Assembly: GCA_963828525.1 (NCBI GenBank)
Contig: CAWHEP010000007.1
Span: forward strand, 1-64,000
From: an uncultured Verrucomicrobiae bacterium
GTDB lineage: Bacteria > Verrucomicrobiota > Verrucomicrobiia > Chthoniobacterales > Chthoniobacteraceae
Length of the DNA stretch: 64,000 nt
Reading direction: 5' to 3'
Part shown: positions 63,348 through 64,000 of the stretch, one piece after another
Layout of the letters: the number at the start of each line of letters is the position of its first letter
Numbering within the stretch: position 1 is the first letter of the stretch
Translations under genes and position numbers: made by a program
The notes under the pieces: model-generated
Seen by the model: the letters and a program-made list of their open reading frames with translations, nothing else
The model's database searches: none
Told to the model about the DNA's origin: nothing

Positions 63348-64000
63348 ATGATCTTTGTCGGCACGTCGGGCTTTCAGTATCCGGAGTGGCGCGGGACGTT
63401 TTATCCCGAGAAATTCTCCACCGCCAGAATGCTCCCCTACTACGCCGAGCGCTTTAACACCACGGAGATCAATTACACCTTCTACCGCGTCCCAAGCATG
63501 AAAACTCTGGATGGCTGGGTGGAAGCCACGCCTCCAAACTTTGTATTCGGCCTCAAGGCCCCGAAGCGGATCACCCACTCGGCGAAGTTGAAAGATTGCG
63601 GAGATGTAGTTGCCCGATTCATCGAAACTGTAGGCGCGCTTGGCGGCAAACTCGGGGTTATCCTCTTCCAGTTGCCACCGACCTTTAAACAAGACCTGGA
63701 GGTGCTTTCCAGCTTCCTCGAGGCCATGCCCTCCGGGCTGAGAGCCGCCTTCGAGTTCCGCCATGCTTCATGGCACCACCCTGATGTTTACAGCCTGCTC
63801 GCGGCCAAAAATGTCGCCCTCTGCATCGCCGAAAGCGAGAAGCTCGTTACACCCGTTATTGCCACTGCGGATTACGGCTACCTGCGCCTGCGAACCGCTG
63901 ACTACAACGCCGATGACATGGCCCGCTGGGCAGAAGTCATCCAGATGCAAGGCGCGAGATGGAAAGACGTATTCGTCTATTACAAACACGAGGATTCCGG
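63348..64000 (+). CDS. DUF72 family protein (3' partial; absent from the ORF track)
   Basis: MIFVGTSGFQYPEWRGTFYP...EINYTFY...KAPKRITH...LFQLPP...AFEFRH. Confidence 0.92.
   Translation, partial: MIFVGTSGFQYPEWRGTFYPEKFSTARMLPYYAERFNTTEINYTFYRVPSMKTLDGWVEATPPNFVFGLKAPKRITHSAKLKDCGDVVARFIETVGALGGKLGVILFQLPPTFKQDLEVLSSFLEAMPSGLRAAFEFRHASWHHPDVYSLLAAKNVALCIAESEKLVTPVIATADYGYLRLRTADYNADDMARWAEVIQMQGARWKDVFVYYKHEDS

Overview
Bacterial chromosomal window with many single-base indels, probably an unpolished long-read or MAG assembly, so many real genes appear split or falsely fused in the ORF track. The first ~5.5 kb (TonB-dependent receptor, serine hydrolase, DUF1549/DUF1553 protein, DUF1501 stub) looks Acidobacteria-like and ends abruptly at ~5520. 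The rest looks Verrucomicrobia-like (inferred from gene style, not searched). Housekeeping content: rpmI-rplT-pheS-pheT followed by a 6S RNA, argS, glgA, glgE, xseA, amgK/murU-like pair, cobW-rpmB, PBP1A, fur/perR-sufCBD, a PhoB-like regulator and a Ser/Thr kinase. The accessory zone at ~6.3-21.8 kb holds the best candidate for an undescribed system: a signal-peptide 'mini-Rhs' locus (Rhs core tip + variable C-terminal domain + partner gene, an orphan module and a shared ~40-bp junction sequence) directly upstream of a Hen1-Pnkp RNA-repair operon. Co-oriented REP-like composite repeats separate the cargo blocks there. Other notable items: a large-partner + PIN nuclease pair, a RelE/HigA cassette bracketed by a duplicated xseA 3' end, a 271-bp MITE in the glgE stop codon, and a 22-bp-phased palindrome array at a DUF4143 ATPase. 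No CRISPR array, tRNA, rRNA, integrase or transposase was recognised.
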